Positions 15,600 to 29,912 of a stretch of 64,000 nt of DNA are shown here, piece by piece. A model generated the notes under the pieces. It ran no database searches and was not told the DNA's origin. It was given only the letters and a program-made list of their open reading frames with translations. Every line of letters starts with the position of its first letter. Positions within the stretch are counted from its first letter, which is position 1. Origin of the DNA: the human T2T-CHM13v2.0 reference genome, Homo sapiens; NCBI RefSeq assembly GCF_009914755.1, contig NC_060936.1; one strand, written 5' to 3'. The position numbers and the translations under genes were made by a program.

Positions 15600-16030
15600 A
15601 TGATAATTATATTTAGTATCTACAATTTGACAGGTCCTGGGAGAGATGCTTTATGTGCATTAATTAATTTAACTTCTTAGAAATTTCTTATTTTCTTTCA
15701 ACTCTGCAAAGTTTATTAATTATTGTAATTCCACATACAGACCATAATGACAGTATTCAGAGAGCATACCTAACTTCTTTAAGACCACACAACTTAACTA
15801 CCTATTGGGTACTATGCTTATAATGTGGGTAACAAAATAATCTGTACACCAGACTCTTGTGACATGTAGTTTACCTATATAACAAACCTGTACATATACT
15901 TCTGAACCTAAAATAAAACTTTTTAAAATAAAATAAGGTTTGTTAATGGAATCATAATAAATTAATTAATTTTTTTCATTAAAAAAAGACCACGCAACTA
16001 GCAAATGTAAGATTGGGTTTTCTCCTTAAT
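15600..16030 (-). mobile_element. MIR (split by a short L1 3' fragment)
   Basis: 'tgctttatgtgcattaattaatttaacttct' ... 'aagaccacgcaactagcaaatg'. Confidence 0.6.
15795..15985 (+). mobile_element. Short L1PA13-16/L1PB 3' terminal fragment
   Basis: 'tacctattgggtactatgct', 'tttacctatataacaaacctgtacat..ctgaacctaaaataaaa'; TSD aagaccacacaact / aagaccacgcaact. Confidence 0.88.
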
Positions 16031-16059
16031 CATGCAGAATGACAAAATTGTCAAGGACA

Positions 16060-16270
16060 GACTTTCCTGGCTTTGACTGTGGGTTTTGTCATCTATTGGA
16101 CATAGGACATGGTCATAGTATGTGTTTTCTCTGCCTCAGTTTCTACATTATAAAATGGACCAATATTAGTAAATAACACATAAATTGTTGTAAGTCTTCA
16201 ATGGATTTACAGTTGTAAAAAGTATTTAGAAGAGCATTTGGAGTCAAATAAGGACCATGAAATTGTGTTA
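16060..16270 (+). mobile_element. MIR
   Basis: Core 'ctctgcctcagtttctacattataaaatgg'. Confidence 0.65.
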
Positions 16271-16547
16271 TTTTTATCACATCCCATTCTCTTATCTGTT
16301 TTGTGTATCTTTATTTCCACTCTTTGTGATTTCAAAATTCACATCACTCTATACCGTGCTGCTTTCTTAACATTTCTTCCTATGTAAACAATAACTCAGT
16401 AACAATGAAGATAAGTATTTTATCATACCCTGACTTGAGTATGCAGGTAGAGTGAAGCTCTGGAGCAGTCAAGCACATTATCATGATACATGATCATATT
16501 TAGTAAAGTTAAAGAGAGTGGATGGGAAAAGTTTACATTAGAAGTTA

Positions 16548-17191
<644 letters not shown>

Positions 17192-18446
17192 ATTTAGACA
17201 AAAAACCTCATTCTAGAGATTTCTATATTTAGTTCTCCTCCCAAAAGTTGCTGTGTTAGTGGCTATTCAAACTTTCTTCTACATGTTTTTGTTTAATGAC
17301 CAGTAAGATTTTTTCCATATTTTAGGAAGGGTCTTTTCCCCGGAGGCAGGAATAAATAAGGTCTGTTTTTCAAATATCTGTGGAAGAAAGAAGGGTGGTG
17401 AAATAACAGAATTGCAGGCACTACACATGTACTTCTATAAAAACTGAAAAATGTTTTCTTATCACATGCATATCATTGGAGAAACCTGATGAGCAGAAAC
17501 TCTGAATTGGAATAAATACTTTCTGAATGAAGTGAATAGGGTAGACACGTTGCCACTGCTTTCGTTATTTCTTCAAGCTGATCTGTTCATTTACTACTGT
17601 GTAGATGATTGTAAATATGAAATTTATTTGATACTTAGACCTCAAGAAGCTTAGCGAGTCTTTAGTTACTCCTCGCAAAAACTACTCCCTTTGCAAATCA
17701 GGGAGCTGAAAGTTGAAGCAAGAAAGTGACTTTCTGATGTAAAGTGTTGCTTTGGAGTTGTCCTGACAAAGAGTAAAACAAACATAGAAAGTAAATATCT
17801 GACAAAAGCAGAAACATCAGACAGGTTTAGTTTTTCACTTCACTCCCTATCTTGCAGATCAGTTCCATTGAAATCTATGAGAATCTTTAATGCTAGGGAA
17901 ATCTTCACGTGGCCAAGAAAAATAAAAATCTTTTCCACAAAGTCCAGTATTTAATAAAAGATTAAATAAAGTTCTGCTGTTTTATTTTATTATTTATTTT
18001 TTAAATTTCTCCTTCACTACCAAAACAAATGATTTGGGGGGTAGTCATTTAATAATAGAATTAATCTGCGTAATTGTTATACAGTACCACTTAATCTTTG
18101 GCTCAATTTAGCTTTAGTGTGAGTTAGAATATTCTGGAGATTCCAACAGGAACAAATAATTTGGTAATTGTAAATATTAAGCTTATAACAATTACATAAA
18201 AATAGCTTTGTGATTGAACCAGTAAGGAACATACAATTATGTGAGGTGTTTTGGTTTTTGTTGTTGTTGTTTTTAATGGTTCTATCCACAGAATCGTTTA
18301 GCAGTCATAATAAAATGATCTCCCAAACAGCATATTTAAGTCTGTACATCCTGATATGCTCGCTTTGCTTTCCATCGACTCAATTTCAGGTCTTTCATGG
18401 ACTCATAATTTAGGGCCAGTGCAGCCCCTGTCATTCTGAAAATTAT

Positions 18447-18450
<4 letters not shown>

Positions 18451-18491
<41 letters not shown>
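18451..18491. repeat. (CA)n microsatellite
   Basis: Read directly. Confidence 0.95.
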
Positions 18492-18493
<2 letters not shown>

Positions 18494-19040
18494 AATCTTT
18501 AGATTATTACACTTTGACAAGTATGAGTCTTTATGATTATATATGAAAAAGTCAAGTGAAGTGAAACAATGAGAAAAGTAATGATGTTAAAATAACCACA
18601 AGACCCTGAGTCTATTAATTTTAAAGCAAATACATATTAGGAAAGCCTTCTACATGTCAGACTTTCTTGCCTATCAAATCTCTGTAGCCCATCCCCTATT
18701 GTAGAAAAGGAAATATATGTATATACCCCCATAGAAAAGTATATTTTTGTATTTCTCTCACATTCCCCACTGCCCATGTTACTTGGTCTTCTTATGGACT
18801 AATCTTACTCTACAGCAAAACATTGTACCCTCGGTCCTTGAACATCTTTTAAACTGGCCATATCAAAAAATAATGAACGAGCCAGCCACTGTCATTGCTG
18901 TTCACTCTTCTGAAGGCATTACCTGCAAGGAGTGCATTAAAAAATTCAGAACAAAGTTAATTATTGAAGCCCATAGGTTTTTAGTGATTTAGATATTATA
19001 TAAGAAAAACTATATAGTACTCTTTTCCTTTTAAAACTAG

Positions 19041-19404
<364 letters not shown>

Positions 19405-20983
19405 GGAAAAACATAATTTTATATAGACTATGATAGTCCTAGGACTACAAGGTCTTTCTTTTTTCTCTTTTTAATTTTATTTTAGGTTCAGGGGTATATG
19501 TGCAGATTTTTTTATATAGGTAAATTTCACATCATGGGAGTTTGGTGTAGAGATTATTTTGTCACCCAGGTAATAAGCTTATTACACAATAGGTGGTTTT
19601 GCAATCTTTACCTTTCTTCCACACTCCACTCTCAAGTAGGCCCTGGTGTCTGTTGTTCCCTTCTCTTTGTCCATATGTAGTCAAAGTTTAACTCCTACTT
19701 ACAAGGAAGAACATGCCATATTTGGTTTTCTGTTACTGTGTTAGTTTTTTTAGGATAATGGCCTCCAGCTACATTCATGTTGCTGCAAAGGACATGATCT
19801 CATTCTTTTTTATGACTGTGTAGTATTCTTTGGTGTATATGTACCACATTTACTTTATCAAGCCTACTATGTATGGGCATTTAGTTTGATTCTATGTCTT
19901 TGCTGTTGTGAATAGTGCTGTGATGAACATACACATGCATGTGTCTTTATGATAGAATAATTTATATTTCTTTGAGTATATACCCAATAATGGGGTTGCT
20001 GGGCCAAATGGTAGTTGTAAGTTTTCTGAGAAATCTCCAAACTGCTTTACACATTGCTGAACTAATTTATATTCCCACCTGCAGTGTGTAAGTCTTCCCT
20101 CTTCTCCACAACCTCATCAGCATCTGTTGTTTTTTGACTTTTTAATAATAGTCTGATGACTATTATGACTGATGTGAGATGGGATCTCAGGGTGGTTTTG
20201 ATTCAGATTACTATAATGAATAGTAATGTTGAGCATTTTTTCATATGCTGTTTGGCCACATGTATGTCTTCTTTTGGAAAATGTTCATGTTCTTTGCTCA
20301 CATTTTAATGAGGTTGTTTTGTGCTTGTTAATTTAAGTTCTTTATAGATTCTGGATATTACACCTTTGTCAGATGCATAGTTTGCAAATAGTTTCTTCCA
20401 TTCTGTAGGCTGTCAGCTTATTCTGTTGATAGTTTCTTTTGCTATCCAGAAGCACTTTAGTTTAGATCCCATTTGTCAGTTTGTTGTTGTTGTTGTTTTC
20501 GTTGCAATTGCTTTTGGCATCTTCATCATTAAGTCTTTGACCAGTCTTATGTCCAGAATGGTATTTCCTAGATTATTTGCCAAGTTTGTTATGGTTTTAG
20601 TTTTACATTTAAGTCTTTCATTTAACTTGAGTTTTTTCATATCTCATATAAGGAAGAGGTCCAGTTTAAATCTTCTGCGTATGCCTAGCCAGTTATCCTT
20701 GCACCATTTATTGAATAGGGAGTCCTTTCCCCATTGCTTGTTATTGTTGACTTTGTTGAACATCAAGTAGTTGTAGGTGTCCAAAATCACTCCTGGGCTC
20801 TCTATTCTATTCTGTTGGTCTATGTGTCTGTATTTGAACCAGTTTCTTGAAATTTTGGATACTGTATGTAGCCTTTCAGTATAGTGTCAAGTCACGTAAT
20901 GTGGTGCCTCCACTTTTGATTTTTCCTTAGGCTTGCCCTGGGTATTTGGGCTCCTTTTTGGTTCCACATGAATTTTAAAATAG

Positions 20984-21284
20984 TTTTTTTTTTTTCCTTT
21001 TTTTAAGAGGGAGTCTCACTCTGTTGCTCAAGCTGGAGTGCAGTGGCATTATCTCGGCTCACTGCAAACTTTGCCTCCTGGGTTCAAGCGATTCTCCTGC
21101 CTCAGCCTCCCTACTAGCTTAAACTACAGGCGCCCACTACCACGCCTGGCTAAATTTTGTACATTCAGTAGAGATAGGGTTTCACCATATTGGCCAGGCT
21201 GATCTCAAACTCCTGACCTTCTGATCTGCCCACCTCGGCCACCCAAAGTGCTGGGATTACAATCATGAGCCACCACGCCCAGCC
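20984..21284 (-). mobile_element. AluS (Sg-like) nested in L1
   Basis: Antisense dimer; TSD aaatagttt. Confidence 0.93.
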
Positions 21285-22757
21285 CAAATAGTTTGCTTTC
21301 TAATTCTGTGAAGTATGCCATGTCATTGGTAGTTTGATAGGAATAACATTAAATGTATAAATTGTTTGTGGCAGTACATCCATTTTAACAATATTGATTG
21401 TTTCTATTCATGAGCCTGGGCTGTTTTCCCATTTGTTTGTGTCATCTCTGATTATTTTGAACAGTGTTTTGTCATTCTCATTGTGGAGATTTTCAACTCT
21501 GTAGTTAGCTGTATTCCTAGGTATTTCTTCTTTTTTGTGGTTATTGTGAATAACATTGTACTTTTGAATTGGCTCTCAACTTTTATGTTGGTATATAGAA
21601 ATGCTACTGATTTTTGTGTATTTTTTAAATCTTGAAACGTTGCTGATATTATTTATCAGATCAAGAAGTTTTTGAGCAGAAACTATGTAGTTTTCTAGAT
21701 ACAGGATCATATTATCTGCAAATAAGAATACTTAACTTCCTTTCTTTCTATTTATATGCCTTTCATTTCTTTCTGTTGCCTGATTGCTTTGGCTAGGACT
21801 TCCAATATTATGTTGAGTAGAAGTGGTGAGAGAGAGCATCCTTGTCTTGTTAAAGAGAAATGCTTCCAACTTTTGCCCAATCAGTATGATGTTGGCTGTG
21901 GGTTTGTTGTAGATGTCTCTTATTAATTTGAGGTATATTTCTTCAATGCATAGTTTGTTGAGGGTTTTTAACCATGAAAGGATATTGAATTTATTTGAAA
22001 GCCTTTACTGCATATATTGGGATGACCATGTGGTTTTTGTTTTTAGCTCTGTTTATGTGATGAATCATATTTACTAATTTGTATGCTGAATCAACCTTGC
22101 ATCCCATGGATAAAACCTGCTTGGTTGTGATTGTTTAGCTTTTTCATTTGCTGCTGAATTATTTTTGCTAATATTTTGTTGAAGATTTTTGCACCTATGT
22201 ACATCAAGGATATTGATCTGAAGTTGTTTTTTTTTTTGCCTTTTTTTTTTGTCTCTGCCAGGTTTTGGTATCTGGATAATGCTGGCCTCATAAAATGAGT
22301 TATGGAGGAGGAGTCCCTCCTCTTCAATTTTTTGGAATAGTTTTGGTAGGAATGGTAACAGCTCTTTTTTACCCATCTTGTAGAAGTTAGCTGTGAATCT
22401 TTCTGGTCCTGGGCTTTTTATAGTTGTTAGGCTTTTTATTATTGATTCAATTTCAGGAATCAATATTAACCTGTTCAGGGATTTAATATCTTCCTAGTTT
22501 AATCTTGGGACGCTGTATATTTCCAGGAATTTATCCATTTCTTCTAGGTTTTCTAGTTTGTGTGCATAGAGTTGTTTATAGTAGTCTCAGAGTGTGTGGG
22601 TTTTTTTCTTTTTTTAATTTCTGTGGGACCTGTGGTAATGTCTCTTTTGACATTTCTGATTATGTTTTTTGGATTTTCATTTTTTTTATTAGTCCAGCTA
22701 GTGGTATATCTACCTTATTTATTCTTTCAAAAAACAAACTCCTGGATTCATTGATTC

Positions 22758-23050
22758 TTTTTTTTTTCCGACAGAGTCTCGCTGTCTCCCAGGCTGGAGT
22801 GCAGTGGCGTGATCTCTGCTCACTGCAAGCTCTGACCCCCAGGTTCATGCCATTCACCTGCCTCAGCCTCCCGAGTAGCTGGGACTACAGGTGCCTGCCA
22901 CCATGCCCGGCTAATTTTTTTTTTGTATATTTAGTAGAGATGGGGTTTCACCGTGTTCACCAGGATGGTCTCAGTCTCCTGAGCTCGTGATCCACCCGCC
23001 TCAGCCTCCCAAAGTGCTGAGACTACAGGCGTGAGCCACTGTGCCTGGCT
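22758..23050 (-). mobile_element. AluY nested in L1
   Basis: Antisense dimer; TSD gattcattgat (22745-22755 / 23051-23061). Confidence 0.93.
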
Positions 23051-26000
23051 GATTCATTGATCTTTTGTATGGTTTTCTGCATCTCAGTTTCCTTCAGATC
23101 AGTTTTGACTTTGGTTATTTCTTGTCTTCTGATAGCTTTGGAGTTGGCTTGCTCTTGTTTCTCTAGTTCCCTTAGGTGTAGTGGTGGGTTGTTAATTTGA
23201 GATTTTTCTAACTTTTTGATGTGTGCGTTTAGCACTATAAACTTCCCTCTTAACACTCCTCTAGCTATGTGCCAGAGATTCTGGTATGTTGTATCTTTGT
23301 TCTCATTAATTTTCAAAAAAAATCTTGATTTCTGCCTTAATTTCATTGTTTACTCAAAAGTCATTCAGAAGCACATTGTTTATTTTCCATGTAATTCTGT
23401 GGTTTTGAGCAATCTTCTTAACATTGTTTTTTGTTTTTGTTGTGCTTTGGTCCAAGGGTATGGTTGGTATAATTTTGGTTTTATTGAATTTTACAAGAAT
23501 TACCTTATGTCCAATCATGTGGTCAATTTTAGAGTGTGTGCCACGTACAAATGAGAAGAATTTATATTCTGTTATTTTTGAATGGAGTGTTCTGTATCTA
23601 TTAGGTCCATTTGGTCAAGTGTTGAGTTCAAGGCCACAGTATCTTTGTTAATCTTCTGGCTTGACGATCTGTCTAATATTGTCAGTGGTGTGTTGAAATC
23701 TGCCAAGATTATTGTGTGGTAATTTAAGTCTCTTTATAGGTGTCTAAGAACTTGCTTTATGAATATGGGTGTTACTGTGTTGGGCACATATATATTTACA
23801 ATATTTCTATTTTCTTGTTGAAATGAACCCTTGAACATTATGTAATACCCTTCCTTGTGTTTTTTTTTTAATCTTTATTGGTTTAAAGTCTGATTTTTGT
23901 TGTTAAATTAGAATAGTAACCTCCGCTCTTGACTGTTTATAATTTTCTTGGTAGATTTTTCTCCATTTCTTTACTTTGAGTCTATGGGTGTTAGTGCATG
24001 AGAAATGAGTCTCTTTAAGACAGCATACCATTGAGTCTTGCTGCTTTATCTAATTTGCCACTCTGTGACTTTTAATTGGGACATTTAGCCCATTTACATT
24101 CAGGGTTAATATTTAGATATATGAATTTGACCCTGTCATCATGTTGTTAACTGATTATTATACAGACTTGATTGTGTAGTTGCTTTATAGTGTCAATAGT
24201 GTATGCATTTAAGTGTGCTTTTGTAGTGGCTGGTAACTCTCTTTCCTTTCTATATTTAGCACTCCCTTCAGGATCTCTTTTAAGGCAGGTCTGGTGGTAA
24301 AGAATTTCCTTAGAATTTGCTGGTCTGAAAAGGTTCTTATTTCTCCTTTACTCATAAAGCTCAGTTTGACTAGATATGAAAATCTTGATTGAAGTTTCCT
24401 TTCTTTCAGAATGCTGAATATAGGCCCCTGACCTCTTCTGGCTTCTAAGATTTCTGCTGAAAGTCCTACTGTTAGCCTAATGGGATTTTATTTGTACTTG
24501 ACTGTCTCCTCCTCTCTTTCTTTAAATTTTCATCATTTATTTTGATCTTGGAGAATCTGATGACTATGTGTCTTGATGATGGTTTCTTGTGTAGTATCTC
24601 ACAGGAGTTCTCTGAATTTGAATGCTGAACCCTCTAGTGAGGTTGAGGACATTCTCATGGACGATATCCTAAAATATGTTTGCCAAGTTGCTTGCTTTCT
24701 CTCCATTTCCTCCAAGGGTTTGGTCTCTTTTATAATTCCATATTTCTCAGAGGTTTTGTTGATTCTTCTTTAATCATTTTTCTTTATGTTTGGCTGAGTT
24801 ATTAAAAAAAAAACAGGCTTCAAACTCTGAGATTCTTTCCTCAGCCTGGTTTATTATGCTATTATGCTATTAATTGTTGTGATTGTATTCTGAAATTCTT
24901 GAAGTGAGGTTTTCTGCTCTATCAGAAAAATTTGGTTCTTTCTTAAGATGGCCATTTTGTCTTTCATCTCCTGTATAATTTTATTGTATTCCTTAGAAAG
25001 TTTGGATTGAGTTTTGACTTTCTTCGGAAACTCAATGATTTTCCTTCTTATATATATTCTGAATTCTATTACTGTCATTTCAGCCATTATGGCCTGTTTA
25101 AGAGCCAATGCTAGGGAACTAGTGTGGTCATTTGAAGGTAAGAAGACACTCTGGCTTTTTGAGTTTCCAGAATTCTTTTGCTGGTTCTTTCTCATCTGTG
25201 TGTGCTGATGTTCCTTCAGTTTTTGAAGTTGCTGTCCTTTGGTTGGGCTCTTTTGCTTTTACCTTCTCTGTTGCCTTTACATGTTTGATTGTGGTATAAG
25301 GTGGGTTTAGTCAACTGGCTTTATTTTTGGAAGATTATAGGGAGACAAGGCTCAGCTCAGCACTCCTGGTCTGCATGATCAAACTCCGGAGCACGGGTAT
25401 TAGGCCCACAGCTTTGTTCTCTAGCCTCTCAAGGTTAGTAACCTGTGTGCCGGAGGTGCTGTGGTATTCCCAGACTGCTGACCACAATATTCCTATGGGT
25501 CGTGCCTCTCAAAGTGCTTCATCAGGGAGGTGACAGCATGATTTGTGCTCAACTGCACATGCCAGCAGCAGTGGGAGCACAGTGGGGTGCATGCTTGTTG
25601 GCTGCTGCAGGGTGCTGGTAGGTATGCCAACCTCTGTGTGCACATTTGTATCAGTGGCAGTGTTGGAACCTGGGTTGGCACTGGCTCTTGCTAGTTGGGG
25701 GAGCCCAGGGATATGTACTCACTCTGGCAGCAGTGGCCTAGTGGGTACACATGCACACCAGTGGGGAACTGGAGACAAGGTCTGTCTGTGTGCACACAAG
25801 CCACCAAAGCAGTGGGAGGGTGGCTGTGGGCTACTGTGTCCTGACAAAGTTGTTTGGGGAGGCTGCAGTGGGCGGAAGCTGCAGCTGTACTCGTGTACAT
25901 TGGTGGTGGCTTCTCTGGTAGAGCTCTCCAATGGTCAGGCACAATCCGCTGGCAAAGGAGCAATGATGTGGGCTCCAGGGAGGAACTCCAGTTGGGGATC

Positions 26001-26563
26001 TGAGGCTGCACTGCAAGTGTGCATGGCCAGCAGACAGTGGGGTGCTCATATCTCACTGGCCCCATCTCATAGGCAAGAACATTCTACTCTGTTTGGGTCT
26101 GGCAGATTCTCTAAGGCTAAAGTATCCTAGGGGAGCATGGCAAGTCTTGAGGGTTGGGTATCCTTGGCCGTGCTTCACTAGAGAAATTCTTACACCAAAT
26201 CCTCTGGGCTCTGCATAAGCTGGTGTCCTGCCTCCACCACCTCTTTAAGCAGTATTTATGGGGTCATGGGTTCCCCTACTGCTAGGGTTCCAGAGGTCCA
26301 TGTAGAGAGTGGGTCTCTCCTTGCCTGTTCACCTCATTCCTTCCCCGGGAACAAGTCTTGGTGTGCAATAGCTTTATATGGGGTTCCCAACTTCCTCCCC
26401 CTTTATACTAGCATCTGTGTCTTCCCTCCATGCACTCTCAATGCCTTCCCTCCGAAGATTGCCGGGAGTGCACCAGTCTTTCTGACTTCCCAATTCCTCA
26501 GTGGCAGATGATCCTCCTGGCTGCGCTTAGTCAACCATCTTGCCACAGAGTTCGCAAAGTCTT

Positions 26564-27325
26564 AAGATAATGACTTCAGAAAGATTATGATTTAGTAGAG
26601 AAGATATAATTTGTACTTAATAAATGTCTTTAATATAGAAGAATTCAAATGAATTATGTAGACACATCCTCCCTTAAGTAATTGGAACATAATTCCCTAT
26701 TTCTTAAGTGTATGCTATTCCCAGTCATTTGCTTTCAAAGTCTATAGCATAGAAAGGAGGAGAAAATATACTTTACAGTGGAGAAACCTGAAAAATAATA
26801 CTTTTGTCATGTGATAAAAGTTAACATTACTGTAATGTTATGTTGATAGCATGTACCCTTGATATGATGTGTTGAGAATGTAGCTTTATATCTCAACTTC
26901 TTCCCCAAAACACATAACACCAAATAAATTATGAGAAAACATCAGATAAATCCTAATGAAGTAACATTCTACAAATTATCAGACCAATATGTCTCAAAAA
27001 TGTCAAAGTTATCAACAATAAGTAAATTCTGAGAACTTGTCACAGCCAAGATAAACCTAAGACATGATGACTAAATGTAATATGATATCCTAGATGAGAT
27101 CCTGAAACAGGAAAAAAGGACATTACAAAAAATCTAATAAAATAGGAAGAAATTATAGACTTTGGTTAATGATAGTATATCTCTATTGCTTTATTAATTT
27201 AACTAATGTACCACACTAATATTAGGGAAACCTGGGTATGACATATATGTGAACTCTGCCCTATCTTTAAATTTTATGTAAATATAAAACATTTCTAAAA
27301 TGAAAATTTTATTAAAGTATTTTTT
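26564..27325 (+). mobile_element. L1MC3/L1MC4-like 3'UTR
   Basis: 'ctttacagtggagaaacctg', 'gacatgatgactaaatgtaat..atcct'; collinear with 7380-8520. Confidence 0.8.
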
Positions 27326-27782
27326 AAACCATCAATTTTAAGAATCAAATAATGTAGAACAATAAAGGAGGTCACATATTCAATAACTATTTGAAAAGAA
27401 AATTATAAATTATAGGGAGCCTAAGAATCCTAGAATCAGTGGATATATTTTTGACTATTTAGAAAATTTATCTCAAAATATTTGCATCTGAAGTTTTGAT
27501 GTTATTATATCTATTATAAAAATAATAAACAAAAAATAAAGTTAAATATGTATATCCCATAACACACAATTTATTTGCATATTTATATTTGGCATAAAAA
27601 ATAAGAATATAAGAAGAAAGAATATACCCTTCCTCTATTATTATGCTTATGGCATTTTGTTTTAGGTCTCTTCCAATGAGAAGTATAGACAAAAATTCTG
27701 TTTAAAACCATGTGGTTCTACTATTGCATGTTTTGTTACATTTAGGTTATAATTCACATTGGACAAAAGGTTATAAAGATAT

Positions 27783-29912
27783 TGATAAGGTTTAGATCTG
27801 TATCCCCACCCAAATCTTATGTTGAATTATAATCTGCAATGTTGGATGTTGGACCTGGTGAAAGGCGGTTGAATCATGGGAGTGGTTTCTCATGGTTTAG
27901 CACAATTGCCTTGATGCTGTTCTCATAATAATGAGCAAGTGGGTTGTCATGAGATTTTGTTGTTTAAAAGTGGTTTGGAACTTCCTAGAGAATTGTTAAA
28001 TTGTTGTGACCAAAATACTGATACTAATATGGACAGTGAAGGCCAGACTGCAGAGGTCTCAGATGGAAATAAGAAACTTATTAGTCACTAAAGCAAAGGT
28101 CACTTTTTTATGCATTAGCAAAGAGGCTGAAGACATTGTGCTCCTACCCTAAGGATCTGTGGGACTTTGAACTTGGCAGTAATGATTTAGGGTATTTGGC
28201 AGAAGAAATTCCTAAGCAGCAAAGCATTCAAGAGGTGACCTAGCTGCTTCTAACAACCTATACTGACATGTGTGAGCAAAAAAAAAATGACCTGAAACTG
28301 GAACTTATATTTAAAAGAAAAACAGAACATAAAGGTTTGGAAAATTTGCAGCCCAGCCATATGGTATTAAACAACAACAACAACAACAACAAAAACGCTT
28401 TCTGGGGAGGAATTCAAGCTGGTTGCAGAAATTTGCATAAGTAAAAAGGAGTCAAATGTTTATAGCCAAAACAATGGGGAAGAGGCCTCCAAGGCATTTC
28501 AGAGACCTTTGTGACAGCCTCTCCCATCACAGGCCCCAAGGCCGAGGAGAATTAAATGTTTTTCTATGCCAGAACCAGGGCCCTGTTATGCTGCATAGTC
28601 TCAAGGCATGGCTGCCTGCATCCCAGCCACTCCAGCTCCAGTTGTGGCTAAAAGGGGTTCAGGTACAGAGGGTACAAATAATATGAATAATAAGCCTTGA
28701 GAGCTTCCAATGTGTTGTTAGGCCTGCAGGCATGCAGAGTGCAAGAGTTGAGGCTTGGGAGCCTCCACCTAGATTTCAGAAGACGTATAGCAAAGCCTGG
28801 ATATCCAGGCAGGAGCCTGCTCCAGGGGAGGAGCCCTCACAGAGAACCTCTACTAGGGTCTTGCAGAGCGAAAATCTGGGGTTGGAGCCCCCACATAGAG
28901 TCTCCACTGGAGCACTGCCTAGTGGAGCTGTGAGAAGGTGGTCATTGTCCTCCAGACCCCAGAATAGTAGATCCGCCGGCAGCTTGAACTCAGGTTCTGC
29001 AAGACCAGTAAGCACTCAACACCAATGCCAGCCAATGAGAGCAGCCATGGGGGCTAAACTCTATAGTCTCAGGGGCAGAGCTACCCAAGTCTTTGGGAGA
29101 CCACTCCTTACACTCGCATACTTTGGAGGTGGGATATGGAGTAAAAGAAGATTATTTTGGAACTTTAAGATTTAATGACTTCCCTTTTAGGTTTTGGATT
29201 TGCATGGGGCCTGTAGCCCCTTTCTTTTGGCCAAGTTCTCCCTTTGGGAAAAGGAGTAGTTACCCAATGCCTATACCCCACATTGTATTTTGAAAGTAAC
29301 CAATTTGTTTTTGATTTTACCAGCTCATTGGCAAAAGGGACTTACTTGCCTTGTCTCAGATGAGACTTTGGATTTTGGACTTTTGAGTTGATGCTGAAAT
29401 GAGTTAAGACTTTGGGGGACAGTTGGGAAGGCATTAATTGTATGTTGCAATGTGAGGAGAACATGAAATTTGGGAGGGGCCAGGGGAAGAATGACGTGGT
29501 TTTTGTCTGTCTGTCTCCCAAAATCTGATGTTGAATTGTAATTCATAATGTTTGAGATAAGGCCTGGTGGGCTGTGGCTGAATTATGGGTATAGTTGCCC
29601 ATGGTCTGGCACCATCTGCTTTGTGCTGCTCTTCTCATAGTGAGTGTGCACTTTATTGTGAGATCAAGTTGTTTAAAAGCATGTAGCATCTCCCTCCACC
29701 TTCTCTATCTGTCTCTTACTCCAGCTATGTGATGTGCCTTGCTCCCCTTTGCCTTCCACCAAGATTGTAAGTTTCCTGAGTCCTCTCCAGAAGCTGAGCA
29801 GAAGCTGTCATGCTTCCTGTAAAGCCTGTGGAACCAATTAAATCTGTTTACTTTGTAAATTACCTAGTCTCAGATATTTTTATTTATAGCAGTGTGAGAA
29901 CAGACTAGTACA
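27783..29912 (+). mobile_element. MSTA MaLR provirus (partial 5' LTR, MSTA-int, complete 3' LTR)
   Basis: 5' LTR 27783-~27971; internal 'tgaccaaaat.ctgat..atatggacagtgaagg..ctcagatggaaat'; polypurine tract gggaggggccaggggaagaa; 3' LTR 29492-29912 ending 'gactagtaca'; TSD gatat/catat. Confidence 0.9.
28370..28391. repeat. (CAA)n microsatellite inside MSTA-int
   Basis: Read directly. Confidence 0.9.

Larger units (their letters stand above)
19457..26553 (-). mobile_element. Full-length LINE-1, L1PA13-L1PA16-like, containing two Alus
   Basis: 3' end 'gattattttgtcacccaggtaataagc'; ORF2 remnants (track 22074..22463, 22091..22327, 23023..23346); ORF1 start 24854..25195 MRKNQQKNSGNSKSQ; GC-rich 5'UTR ending 'tagtcaaccatcttgcc' (= CAAGATGG start); candidate TSD caaggtctt/caaagtctt. 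Confidence 0.92.

Noticed and set aside
26600-27325. Similarity to 7380-8520, suggesting a local duplication
   Set aside because: Both are independent diverged copies of the L1MC 3'UTR. The same applies to the L1MA9-like ends at 33680 and 50705 and the two MER58B copies.
28456-29293. Several ORFs up to 147 aa
   Set aside because: Decayed MSTA internal sequence, fragmented across frames.
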